Shown: piece after piece, positions 25,934 to 26,063 of the stretch
Position numbering within the stretch: the first letter of the stretch is position 1
Layout of the letters: each line of letters starts with the position of its first letter
Assembly: GCA_035390665.1 (NCBI GenBank)
Contig: DAOOUC010000009.1
Location: forward strand, 1-26,063
Reading direction: 5' to 3'
Length of the DNA: 26,063 bases
Source: an archaeon
GTDB lineage: Archaea > Iainarchaeota > Iainarchaeia > Iainarchaeales > CSSED10-239
Notes under the pieces: generated by a model
What the model was told of the DNA's origin: nothing
The model's database searches: none
What the model saw: the letters and a program-made list of their open reading frames with translations, nothing else
Program-made: the position numbers and the translations under genes

Positions 25934-26063
25934 ACATTTTGAACCATTTAGTATATTCATTCAACCCTTTTTCAATATCATATTTAGGAGTCCACCCCAA
26001 TAATTTATTTGCTTTAGAAAAATCAGCAACTAACTGGTGGACTTCTCCAATTCTTGCAGAGAC
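25926..26063 (-). CDS. C-terminus of an NAD-dependent NDP-sugar epimerase/dehydratase (partial; continues beyond the window)
   Basis: Hand translation: VSARIGEVHQLVADFSKANKLLGWTPKYDIEKGLNEYTKWFKMYD*. The pattern 'D.SKA...LGW.P......GL..T..W' is typical of SDR-type sugar epimerase/4,6-dehydratase C-termini. Confidence 0.6.
   Translation of the reverse strand, partial: VSARIGEVHQLVADFSKANKLLGWTPKYDIEKGLNEYTKWFKMYD

Noticed and set aside
25934-25960. Nine-codon N-terminal extension of the E1 fusion (track start 25960).
   Set aside because: It would overlap the upstream dehydratase gene by 35 nt. The ATG at 25933 gives the common short overlap (ATGACTAA). Either start remains possible.
23963-25960. 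Reading the E1 alpha-beta ORF as a central-metabolism pyruvate or acetoin dehydrogenase.
   Set aside because: No E2/E3 or lipoyl-domain genes are in the window. The gene is translationally coupled inside a sugar-modification operon. This cannot be fully excluded without the whole genome.
1-26063. CRISPR arrays, tandem or long repeats, IS elements, rRNA or other structured ncRNA.
   Set aside because: Visual scanning of the few intergenic regions longer than 60 nt (1873-2001, 3659-3784, 5339-5403, 9556-9684, 16622-16681) showed only promoter-like AT-rich sequence and the short palindromes already reported. A computational repeat search and covariance-model scan would be needed to be definitive.

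Overview
AT-rich, gene-dense archaeal window with short or overlapping gene junctions. Archaeal calls rest on GatD/GatE, an archaeal/eukaryotic-type TrpRS, an XPD-type helicase, Lrp/AsnC regulators and TATA boxes about 25-30 nt upstream of start codons. The compact genes suggest a small-genome, possibly DPANN-like lineage, but that is inference only.

Contents, left to right:
- a 5'-truncated XPD/Rad3 helicase
- an RHH plus RelE/ParE toxin-antitoxin module with an extra coupled 47-aa ORF
- a tandem-duplicated Lrp/AsnC regulator, divergent from an orphan 517-aa protein
- TrpRS, a HAD hydrolase and tRNA-Gln(CUG), followed by a zinc-knuckle miniprotein and a conserved 157-aa protein
- a CNNM/CBS transporter and an orphan 170-aa protein
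- a MetRS / 52-aa membrane miniprotein / HIT operon
- a basic-tailed membrane protein, GatD-GatE, and a GtrA-like protein
- a TldD/PmbA pair
- a sugar-tailoring cluster: FkbM methyltransferase convergent with a six-gene minus-strand operon. That operon encodes an NDP-sugar epimerase/dehydratase C-terminus, a fused ThDP-dependent E1 alpha-beta enzyme, a DegT aminotransferase, a methyltransferase, a GT2 and a second methyltransferase.

I saw no CRISPR array, rRNA, transposase or integrase.

The leads most worth a second look:
- the E1 alpha-beta fusion inside the glycan operon, which may make a C-branched sugar
- the orphan 517-aa protein with a PqqD-like segment under a palindromic operator
- the three GATATC sites phased at 11 bp upstream of the TA module

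All function calls come from motif recognition by eye. No searches were run.
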